64,000 nt of DNA, from positions 558,001 to 622,000 of the forward strand of contig MU058636.1 of NCBI GenBank assembly GCA_013265495.1. Reading direction: 5' to 3'. Of this stretch, positions 36,701-51,381 are shown piece by piece. The position numbers and the translations under genes were made by a program. The notes beneath the pieces are model-generated. The model had not been told where the DNA came from. It made no database searches and saw only the letters and a program-made list of their open reading frames with translations. Each line of letters starts with the position of its first letter. Position 1 is the stretch's first letter. Source of the DNA: Vicugna vicugna (taxonomy: Eukaryota).

Positions 36701-38776
36701 AGCATGCAGTTTAAATTGCCTGAAACTATTTTAATATCCTTTCGCTCACATGCTTCCAAAGCATTTCCCTGGGACAGCATCCTTAGGTTAGCTGCCGTGC
36801 ACTTTTCTCATCGAGGAGAAGTTCACTTATATTGCTTTATAAAAATAATATAAAGCTCAAGGCCATGGGACACAGGAACCCATCTCCTTTTATCTGCCTG
36901 TATCTCTTGTGCTTCACCAGTCAGCACACAATACACTCAGCAAGTCCAGAATGACTTCATTTCCTTATGTAACCCCAGATAGGCAATTAAATGGAAATAA
37001 AAGGTAATAAGAAATTTCTGTATACAACTGGGCCTTGATTAAAAAAAAAAAAAGCTTTCTAACCGGACTAATTTCTTTGAAAGCATATTGTGTTTACCTT
37101 TTCATCTATGTCTAGAATTTACCATGTCCTTCTGACTTGCTATCCTTCCAAAAGAAAAGAAGAGTCCAGGAAAAAAAAGTTTCAGAATCAAAAAAGATGT
37201 AAAATTCAAGATTCTAAGCTTTTGACGTATGTATTTCAAAAGTCCCTAATAACCTGGAGATGCCCCCCCCCAATCTAAAGGCCACCGCTGGGCTTTCACA
37301 CTCTTACAGAGGCTAAGCACCCCAACTCTGCCCCCACTGTGATCACCGAGCCTCTTGACACGGGGTTAGGTGGGCAGCCCTGGGCCCCTGGGGGCCAGCT
37401 GTCCACAGATAATGGGTTCTCACTCCATCCAAGCTGTGACTCAGAACAAGCCAAACCCCAGCTGATGGTGAGATCCAGTTTACACGCCAGTGGCTCATGC
37501 TTAGTAGAGACTGGCTTTTAAAACCTGTAAGTGTTAGGTTTTCGTCGATTCTCACAGAGACTTTGACAGGGGAGATGTTAGACTCATTTCTCTAAGTAAT
37601 ACTTTATTCGGTAAAGGTTCTTGAGAAGACAGTTTTAAATTGCTAGCATCACTTCTACTCCAATGCTCCACACAGCAGGACTGGCCGAATCACCCCCAGG
37701 TTGCAATTCCACGTTCTCTGATAGTGGGTAAGTCCCCAGGCCAGCTCCCGGGAATCAGCCGCAGGCAAGTAGAACTGCCAAGTAGCTCGTAGGTGTAAGT
37801 GCAGTTTCCTCCGCGGGAGCACCTGCAGTGCCTAGTAGCATCAAGATGCTCAAGTCACTTCCCTCGGAAGGGGTTTGGTGAAAACTGGCAGCTTCAATAT
37901 AGCAGGTCAGATTCTCTCTTTTTATTTATTTATTCATTTATTTTTTGGTCTAAGGTATAGATTTCCAGTGCTCTGCACCCAGTGGCCCAGCCTTCCTACT
38001 TCAAGTCTTCTGCTTGGTGTCTCCCATTTCCCCACGCCCAGAAGATAACAGTGGGGCCTGGCGTGGAGGCTGATGAGCCCTGCTGGCTCTGTGGGTGGGA
38101 GAGGGGGGAACGGAGTGAGGACAGTCGTCAAACAGCCGGAGAAGCTCAACCTCCCAGACTCGCTGGACCCTCACCAGCCCTCGTGTCTGAGGTCAGTCCG
38201 AGTGGCCTGGGGCCACAGTTGATGTCTGCAGGAGAAATGGAGATCTGTGCCCAGACACTCGTGTTGAGCCGGATTTCAGGTCAAGGGCTTGTCACGAGGA
38301 GTGTGAACTCTGACATCATGAATCCCATCCCGGCTGCTGCTGCCACTCTTTTCACTAAAAGGAAATAGAGGCTCCCCCCACCCCCAAACCCCTAATCATG
38401 GTGAGGCAAGGCCCGAGGGACACACCTACGTCCACTACGGTGAGGAGTAAAGCATCTTCTGGGTTTTAGGTCCTGCAGGGAAGACGTTAGAGGCAGACCC
38501 ACGACGCTGCACGAGCCCTGGCCTTAGGTCTGGACGCCAGGGCCTCTGCGGTCCAAGGAACGCTTTGGGCGGTGGCTGAGTCTGTTCTGCAGGACGTGGG
38601 TGCCTCCCAGGTTATGGAGGTGGAGCCCTGGCCATGCACGGGGGCAGATGCTCCACGATGTCCCCCAGCCTCCACCTGGCTCCCAGGGCCTCCGATGTGG
38701 CTCCGGGAGGGAAGCAGCCCATCGGCCCAGCCGTGCACAGTTCACGTGTCTTGTGCTTTCTGTCTTTTCCTCATGA

Positions 38777-39313
<537 letters not shown>

Positions 39314-41384
39314 TCATGATCTTCTCAGTTTCATTGTGTGCACAAGGTGCCACATGTAGCTCGTGCTCTCCCAGGGGAATGAGAAATGTGACTTTCTGGG
39401 CCCCTGGGCCCCTGGGCCTGACCCCGCCCCACTGGGCGAAACTTGGGTTTTTGTGGGGTCTGGACATGGGTAGAACAGCCCACACGAGGACAGCAGAAAC
39501 AGTAGCGTTACGTTCTTAAAGTGGCGAAGTTCTGCATTGGCAGTCTTAGCGAAGAGCGTTTGGAAGCCAGGCCTTCTGCTGTCGTCAGGCACGGTGGTTC
39601 TACTGAAAGGTGAGTTTCTGCCGCGAAGGTTTGCTTGCTGAAGAAGGCGTGTTACTCGTGTTGACTGTTGCCGTCCACCTTGAGTTCTCCCAGGGTTTGT
39701 TTTGCTTTTAATGAATTACTGTTTCCGGCTGGTGTGACGCACTGGCTGGTCCAGGGAGTCAGGGGCTGGGTCCCCTCCTCATTTCTCGTAGAACCTCCTC
39801 CTCAGACCTAACTGCTGGGCTCGTGAGTACTTCTCGCCTAACTGCATATGTTAAAATGTTACCAGATTGCATTTGGTTAAAATTCACTAAAGGAAGTTTG
39901 CCTGGGCCCAGGGACAGCTTGCAGTGTAAGAAGGAGCCTTTGCTGTACTGGAGACAAGGAATGTCTGGGAATTTATGGGCACGGCTCTCCTAGAAATGCT
40001 TAGAAGGAAACCTCTGTAGCCAGCTGCTCAGTGAACACAAATCTAGAGGCTGAGTTCTTCTGGAGATCCTACTATATTTCTATTCTGTTTTGTTTCTGTT
40101 GTTTACTTTACCATCTTTTAAAGCAGTGAAAACTAAGCTTTTTTTTTCTTTTTTGGAAAGAGAATCCCAACATTTTGAGAAGTGTTAGGAGGAAAGAAGT
40201 TGAAGACTATGTAGTTCAAGTTGTGGTTTTTGTATTTATTATGTACTTTTAGTGAGTCCACTAGCATTCATTGCATGGCAGGTGTGCTAATTGTTGTAAG
40301 AAATTATCAATCAACAAGATGAAAACCACTGTCTTCAATAAGCTTGAAGTCGTGACTGGTGGGGGCAGGGCCCGGGCTTAAAGGCGGCCTGTGTGTAACT
40401 GTCACCGGCAGCACAGGCCGCGGGTGAGCAGGGCCTTCCTCACCATTAGACACTTCAGGCACAGGGCTTAGCATCCGCCAGATGGTCCAGATCTACAGAA
40501 TTCTCTGAGACCCAAAAAACAAACAAATAAACGTGCTCCTAGGCTCTAAAACTGGGGAGACGCCTCTGCCAGTTGAAATGAATAAACATTTAAAACTCTC
40601 CAAAAACGCAATCTTAACTGTTAAGTGAAATAAGCACACTGTTTTATCCTGTTTGACAAGAAATTTACAAGCTCTTTTATGTCTCAAGAATTCTCAAGTA
40701 TCCACAGTGGTTGCTGAGAGGTCATGAATGATTTCTGAGGAAAATGAGAATTTCAAAGCAAAATTCTGAAACTCCCTTCAAACATCGGACAGGAAAGCAT
40801 TGCATAGAACAAGGAGTGAGAAACGAGCCTGCTCAGAGGGGAGCAGGGTCTCCTGGTCTGTGAGGTCCTTAAAACTGGGATGGGCAGGGAAGAGGCACAG
40901 GGGGCATCTGGAAGAGGTAGCAATCCCGGCAGGGCTCTGGCTTAAGAGCTCGGGAAAGAGCTTCACACCTGAGACAGGATGGAAGACTGGGCTTTGAGGG
41001 TGGGAAGATTCTGATGCACAGAAAGGATGAGGGCGTGTTTGTGGAAGACAGAGCGGCCTTAGTGAAGGTTCAAGTCAGGTGTGTGCAGGTAAGGATCCAC
41101 TCGGTTCGGAGGCCACGTGCATCCGCAGAGCTCCAACCTGCATTTGAATTCTGGCTCAGCTGAGATGAGCCGTGTGGCCTTGGGCAAGAGATTTCATATA
41201 ACAAGACTGTCTTCGTCTGTTATAGAAGACTGATGTGGGGGTAGCGTTTATGAAACAACACGTGTGACAGTGGTGTCTGACCCCTGGAGACCAGCACAGT
41301 GTCAGGGGCTCGTCTTCAGCTTGGCAGGAGGGTCATGATGTTGAAGGCAGTGACAGCTTGTGGTTGATAAAAAGAGTAATTTTT

Positions 41385-41980
41385 TTTAGGATAAAGAAAT
41401 TTCTTTTATTTAATTGAGTATAATCAGTTTACAGTGTGTCAATTTCTGGTATACAGCATCATGTTTCAGCCATCTGTATACATACATATGTTCCTTTTCA
41501 TATTCTTTTTCATTATAGGTTACTACAAGATACTGAATGTAGTTCCCTGTGCTGTACAGTAGGACCTTGTTGTTTATATATTTTATATACAGCAGTTAGT
41601 GTCTACAAATCCTGAACTCCTACTTTATCCCTTCCCACCCCTTTTCCATCCTGGTAACCAGAAGTTTCTTTTCTATGTGAGCCTCTTTCTGTTTTGTAAA
41701 TAAGCTCATTTGTGTCTCTTTGTTTAGATTCCACTCATAAGTGTTATCATATGGTATTTTTCTTTCTCTTTCTGACTTACTTCACTTAGTATGACAATCT
41801 CCGGATCCATTTATGTTGCTGCAAATGGCATCTCTCATTCTTTTTTATGGCTGAGTAGTATTCCACTGTATATATATATACTACAACTTCTTCATCCAGT
41901 CATCTGTTGATGGACATTTAGGTTGCTTCCATGTCTGGGCTATTGTAAATAGTGCTGCTGTGAACATTGGGGTGTATGTA
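41385..41980 (-). mobile_element. 5'-truncated L1 3' region
   Basis: Continuous L1 3'UTR/ORF2-end antisense sequence, with approximate TSD aagagtaa(t/c)tttt on both flanks. Confidence 0.92.
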
Positions 41981-44944
41981 AAAATAAGAGTAACTTTTAA
42001 ATTCACTTATCCTGTTGGCAGTTCACTTTCACATGTTCAGATGAGTCAGAAGAAAATCAGAGTTTGAAGGTGGTTCCCCTGCCTTCTGCATTTTGGAATC
42101 TCTTTTCTGGATACTTTAAATTACCCACAGTGGTAGCTGGCGTGTCTGTGAGCGTGTGTGTCAGGAGGCCGCCATGGGATTCCAGCCTCCAGCCCCTCTG
42201 TCCCAGGGTCTGGCCTCACTGTTATGTTCCTCACAGAAGACAGTGCAGGGCCTCCATGCCCCTGCCATCTGACTTCTCCCTCCTAATTGCTCCCAGATCC
42301 CCTGGGTGGTCCATCTGCAGCCTGCATCAGGCTAGCTGCTCTCTGTGGAGAGGACTTGGCCCTCACGGTCGTTCCTCCATCGCCTGCTGGGCTCCTTTCA
42401 CACCTGCTTGGGTTCCTGGGCTGCCCAGTGGCTGAGGCTGAGGGCCGGGGGAGGGGTGGCCCGGGGAGAAGGCAGAGATTTCTGCAGCCAGGTCCTTCAT
42501 TCTGGAGATTTCCAGACCGACTCCCTCTTCAGGGCCCCTGAACGTTCTCTTCCCTCACTCCCCATTCCTTCTTCCCCACCCCAGGTGATGTTTGAGTTTG
42601 CCCACGCATCGCTCGCCAGCTGTTAGTCTGGCACGGAGTAGAAGTGCCGTAAATATTTGTTGACTGGAGACGCAAACATCCACCTGCACCTCCTGGTGCC
42701 TGATGTGTCCGCTCCTGTGTAAAGTGCCTCAGAGGGAGGGTTGGGGCCATCACTCAGCCTCCAGTAACAGGGTACTTTATCTCATGGCTTAAAAGTAGCA
42801 CTTCACAGAAGTGCAGATGGGGAGATGGTCCTCCCTGCCGCCCACAGCCCCAGCGACCAGGTGTCCCGATTCCCCAGCCACCTTGACCATCCCTGTTACT
42901 CAGCTCAGCTGGGACGCCCTTGCCTCGGGCCTCTTCAGGACAGCTGCCAAGTCCCAAAACCCAGGTCCACTGGCCAGTACTCTGGCCATTTTTCTCAGGA
43001 ATGTACTCCTAAAGAAATAGGACCAAAATCTTTATGCCTTAATCCTAAAAACCCCTTTTGTGCCAAATTACAATTTTGAAGTGGGAGCTGGAGATATTCA
43101 GGGTCCCTCCGTGCCCTTTATTCATTCAGGGAAATACGTTAACATTTTCTTGATCTTGTCTAAGCCCCAAACTTCTCCACAATCTTGGTGAACCTTCAGA
43201 TTTCATTAACGTACTTCTGCCTTTTCCCACTGGCAAATCGTCTTCCAAAATTAACCTGCGTGATCACGCATAAATACGGTCCTTCTGACTCAGTGAAACG
43301 CGCTGATGACGTGACACGGGAGGTTGGAGAGCTCTCCATCCAGAGGGGACAGCGAGGACGAAATGCCCAGGGAACAGACAAAACGGTTTTTCCTGATTTT
43401 AGTTTGTCTTCCCTGGACGGAGCATTTTTCCTCGTCGCGTAACTCGTGCCTCAGAGACACTGGAAACTTGCTGCTGTGTGGATTGTTCAGAACACCTTCC
43501 CCAAACCACCTTCCCGTCAGCTTTACTGGGACAGGCCGGCTGCTCTGCGGGGAGACAGTCTGCCACGCACCTCATTACTTGGCGGCATCTGAAAAATCGA
43601 ACTAAGGATTCCTTTTTTCAGTGTTTTAGTAATATTTTTTCCCTCTTTATTCCTGAAGTGAAGCTCATGATTTTTTCTTTCACTGGAAGAAAATCTACCA
43701 GGGGCCACTTACCTCTACGAATATGATTCAGACAAACGCCCAGAATGCCGTGCGATCCGACAGACTTAAATTGCTCTTCTCCCCGGTGCGCGGCAGAGGC
43801 TGCCTGGTGCTCGGCTGTTTTGTCAAGCGAGCGGAAAGGCTGACTGTATTTGGTGACAACACCTAGTTTTCCACATAGGCTTTGCCCGAATGAACAACAA
43901 AGAGGATGTTGTTTGGTTGAGACTGTTCATCACAGTTGGTGGGAGGGGCGTGGGGGGGCGCTCTGAGCAGATTTTCTCCAGCTTTAAGGTCAGGGGTTCT
44001 GGTTGCTGTTCCTGCCTCGGCCAGCTGGGCGGTGGGGCTCCCTGTCCCGTCAGGCTTTCCTGAGCGCCGTTACACTGAGCTCCTGCTGGTGGAAGCCCTG
44101 CGTCTGGCTGCACCTTGCCCTGGGCCACCTCCGCATCCCCCAGGCGGTTTTCTGTCCTCCGTGACCCCAGGCCTGAGCCGGCGCTCACCAGGGAGTCTAG
44201 ACAGCCTGGCCGCCTTGGGAATCTGGGGGGATATGACCCCCTCCTCCGTCTGGGCCGCAGCCTGTGCCCCCCGGGAGTCCGCTTAATCAAGGCTGCTCTG
44301 CGCAGCCAGGGCGCCGGCGACCTGGGACTCCTAACGGCGTGTTACCTGCTGGAAACCGGAGGTCGGAGTCTGAAACACATCAGCCGCCCCACTCTCCTAG
44401 GCTCTTTTAAAACCAGTTGTATTAGGAAACAGAACCCCCAAAACTCCCCAATACATTTTGAGTGTAGATTCAGCTAGAGAATATCCAGTATGCTTTGATC
44501 TTTAAACAGAAATCCTTTGGTCTTTAAAATAATGTTTAAAAAGCCATTTGGCGTCGTCATACCTCCATCTGTGGTACAACTGCTGAGTCAAAGATGAGTA
44601 TAAGCAAGGCCAAAAATATGAACTACACCAGCTTTCCTGGGTATTAATTCTCAGATATAAACTTTATATCATTTCAGGAAAGATCTCTCTTTTTCTCAGA
44701 GTACTGGCTGTTGGCCATGCGTGTCTCTGTCTTTTTTGCTTCCCTCCCATTCCCTTCCCATACTTCTCCCCCTACCCTGCCACCGAAAATATCTTGGTTT
44801 TTTTATTAGCCAAAAAGGATAGGAAATTACAGCATCATTTTTGTGAACCTCTCCAGGCCAGGTGGCAAGTGTCTGCCTCCAACACCTGGATAGGCTTTAT
44901 TTCACGTCCAGCTGCATCTTTTTTCCACCGACTTGTCATGAAGC

Positions 44945-45130
44945 AGAGGAAGGCGCTCTGACTGCAGAGACAGACTGACCTGAGTTGGGCTCCAGGCCCT
45001 GCCACTCAGCTCTGTGACCTTGGCTGAGTGATTCACTTCTCTGAACTTTAGTTTTCTTACCTGTTTGATTTACGGTTTAAATAAAGTAATTCCCATTAAA
45101 TCTACAGCACGTGCAGACATGCAGAAAGTG
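44945..45130 (+). mobile_element. MIR fossil
   Basis: gacagactgacctgagttgggctccaggccctgccactcagctctgtgaccttggctgagtgattcacttctctgaactttagttttcttacctgt matches the MIR core. Confidence 0.7.
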
Positions 45131-48100
45131 TTAGCACCCACAGGTCCCTAACTTAGAAGCGGAATCACAGTTAAATTTTGCTGGCCTTGTTAACACATCC
45201 GGGTTTTCCCAGAGCCCTGGGAGAGACAGCAGCACAGAAGATGCTCCGGGTTGTGTCGTGGGGTATGTCCCCTGGACTGGGGAGAAGGGCAGCCCTGTGG
45301 CTGACCCCAAGCCCTTGGAGCCCCACGTGCAGCTCCAGGGGGCTCCGAATTGGGGATGTCAGTGGCGGGGGTGGGTCAGCCTTTGGACTCCTGCCCCAGC
45401 TAGCTCCTGTTTGCAGAGAAGAGGGTGCAGCTGGCCAGGATGTCTCCCAGGGCCAGGCTCTGCTGCTGGATGGTCCCCGACCTCCCTCTGAAATGCAGCA
45501 TTGTGTCTCCAAAAGAAACTGAGTGTATTGAGCCCTGTGTGCGGAGGGACCTGACGGGGCAGAGAGTGTGGAGCCTTCTCGGGAAGACCCCGGGGGCGTC
45601 GGAGACACTCCTGGACAAGAGCAGGAAAACCGCAGAACAGGTGAGGAAACGCACTAGGGGCAGGGGAGCCAGCGGCCCAGAAAGTTCGCAGGGTTACCCG
45701 GCTGGGGGTTTCTGGGGACTGTTCGCGTCCCGGGCACAGGAAGGAGAGGGGGAGGGAATAAACTCTGAAGGAAGCAAGACGCCTAATGAGCACTTGGTTA
45801 ATGAACACCTAAGCGGCCTGTGTCAGCTAAGAGTCCCTGGCTGTCTTAGGGATGTTCAGTCCCAAGAACATCGTCGTTGTTGTTGGCTGGTGTTTAATAA
45901 TTAAAAACCACTTTGCTGAGCACCGTTTGCTACGAAGCAAGAGGAGGACTTCTCATCCACCTCTGTGCTGGAATCCACTCCGAGCCCGGCCACTGCCCTC
46001 AGCTTGTTGAGCAATGAGAGCATCTTTCTGGACCACCCGGGGAGGGTGGGGAAGGGACGCCGTTTCCTTGGGATGGAGGGAGGTGCGGTGACGGGGGCGG
46101 ATTCAGTGTTGGTCAGCGGTTTGCTGGTGACCGTCCCCATCCTCTGTCTAGGATGACTTGAGTAAATCTGTTTTTTGGGATTATGACTTAAGTTAGCTCA
46201 ATGGCAACTTTCTCTATCTGCCAACAAGACCTCTTCAAAAATCACTTCTACTCATGAAGTTACCGTCAGAAACGAACTAGCACCCCTGGCTGACTGCATC
46301 CCTTTTAAAGTAACGTGAAATATGTTAATCCTTTTTTTTTTTTTTTTTTTTTGGCAAGCTGGTTTTACGAACCCATCTGAGCAACGATAGAAGCAATCTA
46401 GGGAAGACTTGAACTTTTTCCTCGGGTCTGGGTCATAGAATCTGAATGGTGATGTTTCACATTTCAGGCAGGGATCAGTTCTTCGGGAGAGTCTTAAAAG
46501 ATCTTGGCTAACTGCTTTTCTTTCATTATCGGTGAGTCGTTTGCTTTTCCGGTGGCCTCCCCTGTCTTCCCGGCCTCCAGTGTGATGGGTCTCCAGGAGC
46601 AAAACATCCCAGTCGGCCAAACACGGGTGAGCAGGAACACCCACTTGGAAACTAAGTTACAGCTCACTGTCCAGGAACAACCAGGTTCTACAGCCTGTTT
46701 CTCTCCTAACTTCTTGGAGAAGCCAAGGCGGGAAGTGTAGGCTTTCTGGCACCCTGAACCTACAGGCATGGAGTGGGTTTTGTAGTGCCTTCCTGAGAAT
46801 TACTGAGTGCCCAGGATGTACGGGGCTGTCGGGGGGAAGGAGCTGAGGAGTGGGGCTGGACATTTTAGTTTATGTTCCATGTCTGCTTTTGTCCCAACCC
46901 TCCCCTGAGCACGTCCGACCGGGTCCCAGGCATGGCCTTGCTGTGAGGGGTGGTGGCTCCTGTCTCGGCAGCTGGCACTCGGACAGGCCAAGTAAAGCCC
47001 ATTTGGTCCCAGGTAAATAGGACATCGTTGCCCTTGTGGTTGAGAAGGATTTGGAGAATATGCCGAAGTCACAGCTAAGAGCCGGTCAGCCTCCTGTGGC
47101 AGGAGTGACTGCACTTAGCAGTAGATTCCTGTGTGTCTCCTGCTGGCACTCCTACGAGCAAATCCTCGTCTCCAGGACCCAGGACCCAGGACTGACTGCT
47201 CATCGTGGCGCCTTGGTTTTTAGCCATTCGGGGAGCCCCGTGAAGGCTTCCCGTTCTAACTGGGCAGTGATAACACAGTTATGCAGTGTTCAGTCTCTCT
47301 AGCCATTAGGATTGGCTCACAGCTCTTTTGGTGGCGGTAATTGGGAGTTCACACTTGCTAATGAGTAAACATGTTGGTTTCACAGCAACTAGAACCAGTG
47401 GTCAGCTGAGAGGGGAACCAGTCATTCGTGAATCCGCACAGCAGACGGGGTGTGGAGTGGTGGGGTGGGGGCCAAGTTCCCACCGTGCTAGGGCTCATGT
47501 CCTGTCAGAGGTGACACACAGTGAACACGTCTGTTGAGGACTGAGAGAATCAGTGAGGACTTAGAAGGAAAACGGGGCAGGGCTTTGTGATGGAGAATGA
47601 GTGGTCAGGAAAGCCTCTCTCGATGACACCTGCACCGAGCCCTGGGTGAGGCGCAGAGCCGACCAAACGCAGATCCAGGGCAGGAGCAGGGCCAGCAGCC
47701 GGCGGGGAGGCCAGGCAGGCAGCACTCTGGGGCTGGCTGGTGCCCATGCGATCCGGGCAGAGGCTTCTGGGAGGCGGCAGGGCCCAGATGCCCCCCTCCG
47801 CCCCCCGCTCACTCAGGATTCATGAGGCAGCCCGGGGCCTCGGGGTTTCAGCCACCAGAGCTGTGGGGAGGGTCTACGCAAGGGAAACACATGACCCAGT
47901 GTTCTCGAACACCTGATTACCGTCAGGTTTAAAACCATGGAATCCCACCCTTAGATTTAAAAGTTAGGTAAAATCCCAATTCATGAAACAGAAGGTATTT
48001 ATTAGTATGAATTCATTATAAAAATTCAAATTAACACTTTTTTTGTCTTAAAGTCAATTAGTGGTAACACTGAGATGATTTTCAGAATGATAAAAACCTG

Positions 48101-48594
48101 ACATTAGTATCAGGGCAGACAGGCGTGCACAGCATCTCTGTGGCCAGTTTTTCTGTTTTCTCTCGGGATAGACTAGGAAAGGTTCTGATACACAAAACTT
48201 AGTTGCCAGTCTTAGCTGTTTCACAGTTTACCTTCTCACCTCAGACTGTTTCTGCCTTTTGTTCTTGATTATATTTAATATAACAATGACATATTTGCTT
48301 AAATCAATATATAAATAATAATATATACATATTAAATAATTACACAATGTATTTATAGTATAAGTATTAATATAAATATAAAATAACACATAAATTTTGT
48401 TATTTTATATGAATGGACACATAAGAATGCTTTTTTGAAAACAGCAATATATAATTAATTACAACCTTTCTAATAGGTGACCTATTTGTAAAATCAAATA
48501 TAAGAACCTTTAATCTGAGATCTTTACAGAAGCAAGTTAACTTGAAAACATCTCTGGTTTCTAGTATACTAAGATTTAATATGAATTATAGGAA

Positions 48595-48740
48595 CTATTT
48601 ATATGATCTTATTTTAGTTAAATATGTTTTAAATATTTATAAATTAAATTATAAATTATAAATTAAATATAAAAAATAATAAATAAATTAAATTATAAAT
48701 TAAATAAATTTATAAATTAAATAAATTAAATAAAATAAAC
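48595..48740. repeat. AT-rich low-complexity tract (ataaatt/aaattat units)
   Basis: aaattaaattataaattataaattaaatataaaaaataataaataaattaaattataaattaaataaatttataaattaa. Confidence 0.85.
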
Positions 48741-48773
48741 GTACATAGAATGCAATTTAAAATCTAGTGTTTG

Positions 48774-48818
48774 ACTAACAGCACTGTGAATCAACACTTC
48801 AATTCAAAAAAATAAAAA
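48774..48818 (+). mobile_element. 45-bp micro-insertion of an L1 3' terminus with 16-bp TSD
   Basis: actaacagcactgtgaatcaacacttcaattcaaaaaaataaaaa is flanked by taaaatctagtgtttg (48758-48773) and taaaatccagtgtttg (48819-48834). Confidence 0.8.
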
Positions 48819-50338
48819 TAAAATCCAGTGTTTGGAAGAATAGTAAACAGTGCTATAACCTGAACAGCATGTATTATCCTTGTTTTTCAGCTCAGTCCCA
48901 AAATCCAGATGCATATAGTCTTCAAAAAATTTAGTGTTTATAAGAATATACACTTGAGAGTGAAACACCATTATTTTAATATTACTTACACTTCTAATTT
49001 AGGAATATAAAATGATTAACTTGAACTTAGGCGCAAGTTTTATGTGCCCTCATTTAATTTACTGATAACTAAAACTTTTCATCACTAATGGAATAAAAAT
49101 TTTTTAATCCTGCCATATATTTCTTATTGCCAGTTCATGAGAACTTGTCATGATTTTTAGATATTCCGGTATTTCTAGAATGATGATTGTTGTGTTTATT
49201 CAAGTGTTGACGGAGCTCCCAGACCTGCTGTCCTCCTGGCCACGTCCTGCTTACTCAGAAAGCACTTACTTTTCTAAAAGGAACGTAAGACAGGAACTTG
49301 CTGGAAGTACTTTTGTCACATGGCACTTTGGGCTTATCCAGGCCACGTCTTTTCACCAACCTCAGATAGACGTTGAAAAGAACTCTCCAAGCTGGGGAGA
49401 CAGAGCCTGCTCCCTACAAGCCCGGCTTCCACACGGCACAGCAAAGACCCCCCAGCCCTGGGCGGCCGAGGGTCGGCTGGGCGGTGCAGCCTGGTGGCCC
49501 CGCGCTGCTGCCTGACGTCACAGACGCTCAGTGCCCCGGACTATCTGAGACCCAGCGACCTTCCAAAGTAAAATCCAACTGAGCTTTTCTATTTCATAGC
49601 CCAGGGGAATGCTGCAGCTACATCTCTGTCCGTTTTGGCCTGTTTCTTTCTTCCATAAATCATGCTGTCCTGACTCAATCGCTGAGGACTGCAGTTCTGC
49701 TGTCCCTTAAAGGTTTTCACTTTAGTTTCTTTGGTGATTGGAAAGGAAGACACACTTCATCCCTCGGAAACAACTGATTTGTATCTGGGCTGTTTTGGAA
49801 GGACTGTCTCTGGGCCAAGTGCACCGTCTTGATTCCAGATGAAGGCTTGTCTTGAGCATCTTGAGGGAATTCTGTTCAGCGCAGCAGACATCCTTGTTTC
49901 GGCTTTGATCCTCACAGGCGACTTCTTCCTCCTCTTCCTTTTTGTGCAATATTCTCAAAGGGCAGAACCACCTCATTCCATCCGGCTTACTTCACAGCCG
50001 TGTCACGGCTGTGCTCCCTGCGCTCATTTCTTTCTGGAACGCAGCCGTTCTGCGTAGGTTTCATGGTCTCTGACTTTTGTTCCTTTATAGCCCTGCTGGA
50101 TCATGGCCAACCCATGACACCATCAGAAAGAGCGTGTAGGCTCAGAGACGCACCTGCTGCTGATCCGTTTTGATTTTCTGTGCTGCTGTCATGTTGGTGT
50201 CAGCAGCAAATATTTTCACATACCTAACAGCGGATTGCTGTCTGTTAGATACACATATATACACACACACGTATGTTCAGCAACATTTCTTATCTACCTC
50301 TTCCATTTCCAAGAACAAAAGAACATCTATTTCCATTT

Positions 50339-51381
50339 TTTAATGAAGTATAGTTGATTTACAATATTGTATTAGTTTCAGGTGTACAACATAGTGACTC
50401 AGTATTTTTATAGATTCTCCATTTAAAGTTAACTACAAAATAATGGCTGTAATTCCCTTTGCTGTACAGTATATCCTTGTTGCTTATTTATTTTATACAT
50501 AGTAGTTTGTGTCTCTTAATCCTCCACCCCTATCTTGCCCCTCCCCACCGGTAACCACTAGTTTGTTCTATCTGTGGGTCTGTTTCTGTTTTGCTATATG
50601 CGTTTGTTTGTAGTGTTTTTTAGATTCCACCTATAAGTGGTATCATACAGTATTTGTCATTCCCTGACTTACTTCACTAAGCATAATATTCTCCAGGTCC
50701 ATCCATGTTGCTACAAAGGGCAGAATTATTCTTTCTTTATGGCTGAGTAGTATGCCATTGTATATACACCACATCTTCTTTATTCATCCATCTGCTGATG
50801 GGCACTTAGTTTGCTTCCATATCTTGGCAATTATAAATAATGCTGCTATGAGGGTTGGGGTGCATGTATCTTTGCAAATTAGTCTTTTCACTTTCTTTGG
50901 ATATATACCCAGCAGTGGAATTGCTGGATCATATGGTGGTTCTATTTTTAATTTTTTGAGGAACCTCCATACTGTTTTCCATAGTGGCTGCACTAATTTA
51001 CATTCCTACCAAGAGTGTAGGAGGGTTCCCTTTTCTCCACATTCTCACCAACACTTGTTTGTTGCCCTTTTGATAACAGCCATCCTGACAGGTGTGAGGT
51101 GGTATATCATTGTGGTTTTGATTTGCATTTCTCTGATGCTACTGATATGAGCATCTTTTCATGGTCTGTTGGCCATCTGTATGTCTTCTTCAGGAAAATG
51201 TCTATTCAGGTCTTCTGCCCATTTTAAAAATTGGATTCTTTGTTTCTTTGATATTGAGTTGTATGAGCTATTTATATATTTTGGATGGTAACTCCTTGTC
51301 ATTCATACCATTTGCAAATATTTTCTCCCATTCAGTAGGTTGTCTTTTTGTTTTGTCAGTGGTTCCCTTTGCTGTGCAAAA
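50339..51381 (-). mobile_element. ~1-kb 5'-truncated L1 with ORF2 C-terminal remnant and TSD
   Basis: Minus-strand [35 protein letters not shown]...[14 protein letters not shown] is the L1 ORF2 C-terminus. TSD is caaaagaacatcta(tt/ct)(t/a)ccattt at 50316-50338 and 51377-51399. Confidence 0.95.

Larger units (their letters stand above)
47897..49385 (-). mobile_element. Probable hAT-Charlie DNA transposon fossil (AT-rich)
   Basis: TIR-like cagtgttctcgaac at 47897. Minus-strand remnants VIALFTILP (about 48860-48835) and SILETR...KDLRLK (about 48570-48508) resemble the Charlie/Buster transposase C-terminus (IALK.LLPF; DLRLKLS). Confidence 0.45.

Noticed and set aside
50752..51150. 132-aa hydrophobic ORF resembling a membrane protein
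   Set aside because: It is the antisense frame of an L1 ORF2/3'UTR fragment, a common annotation artefact.
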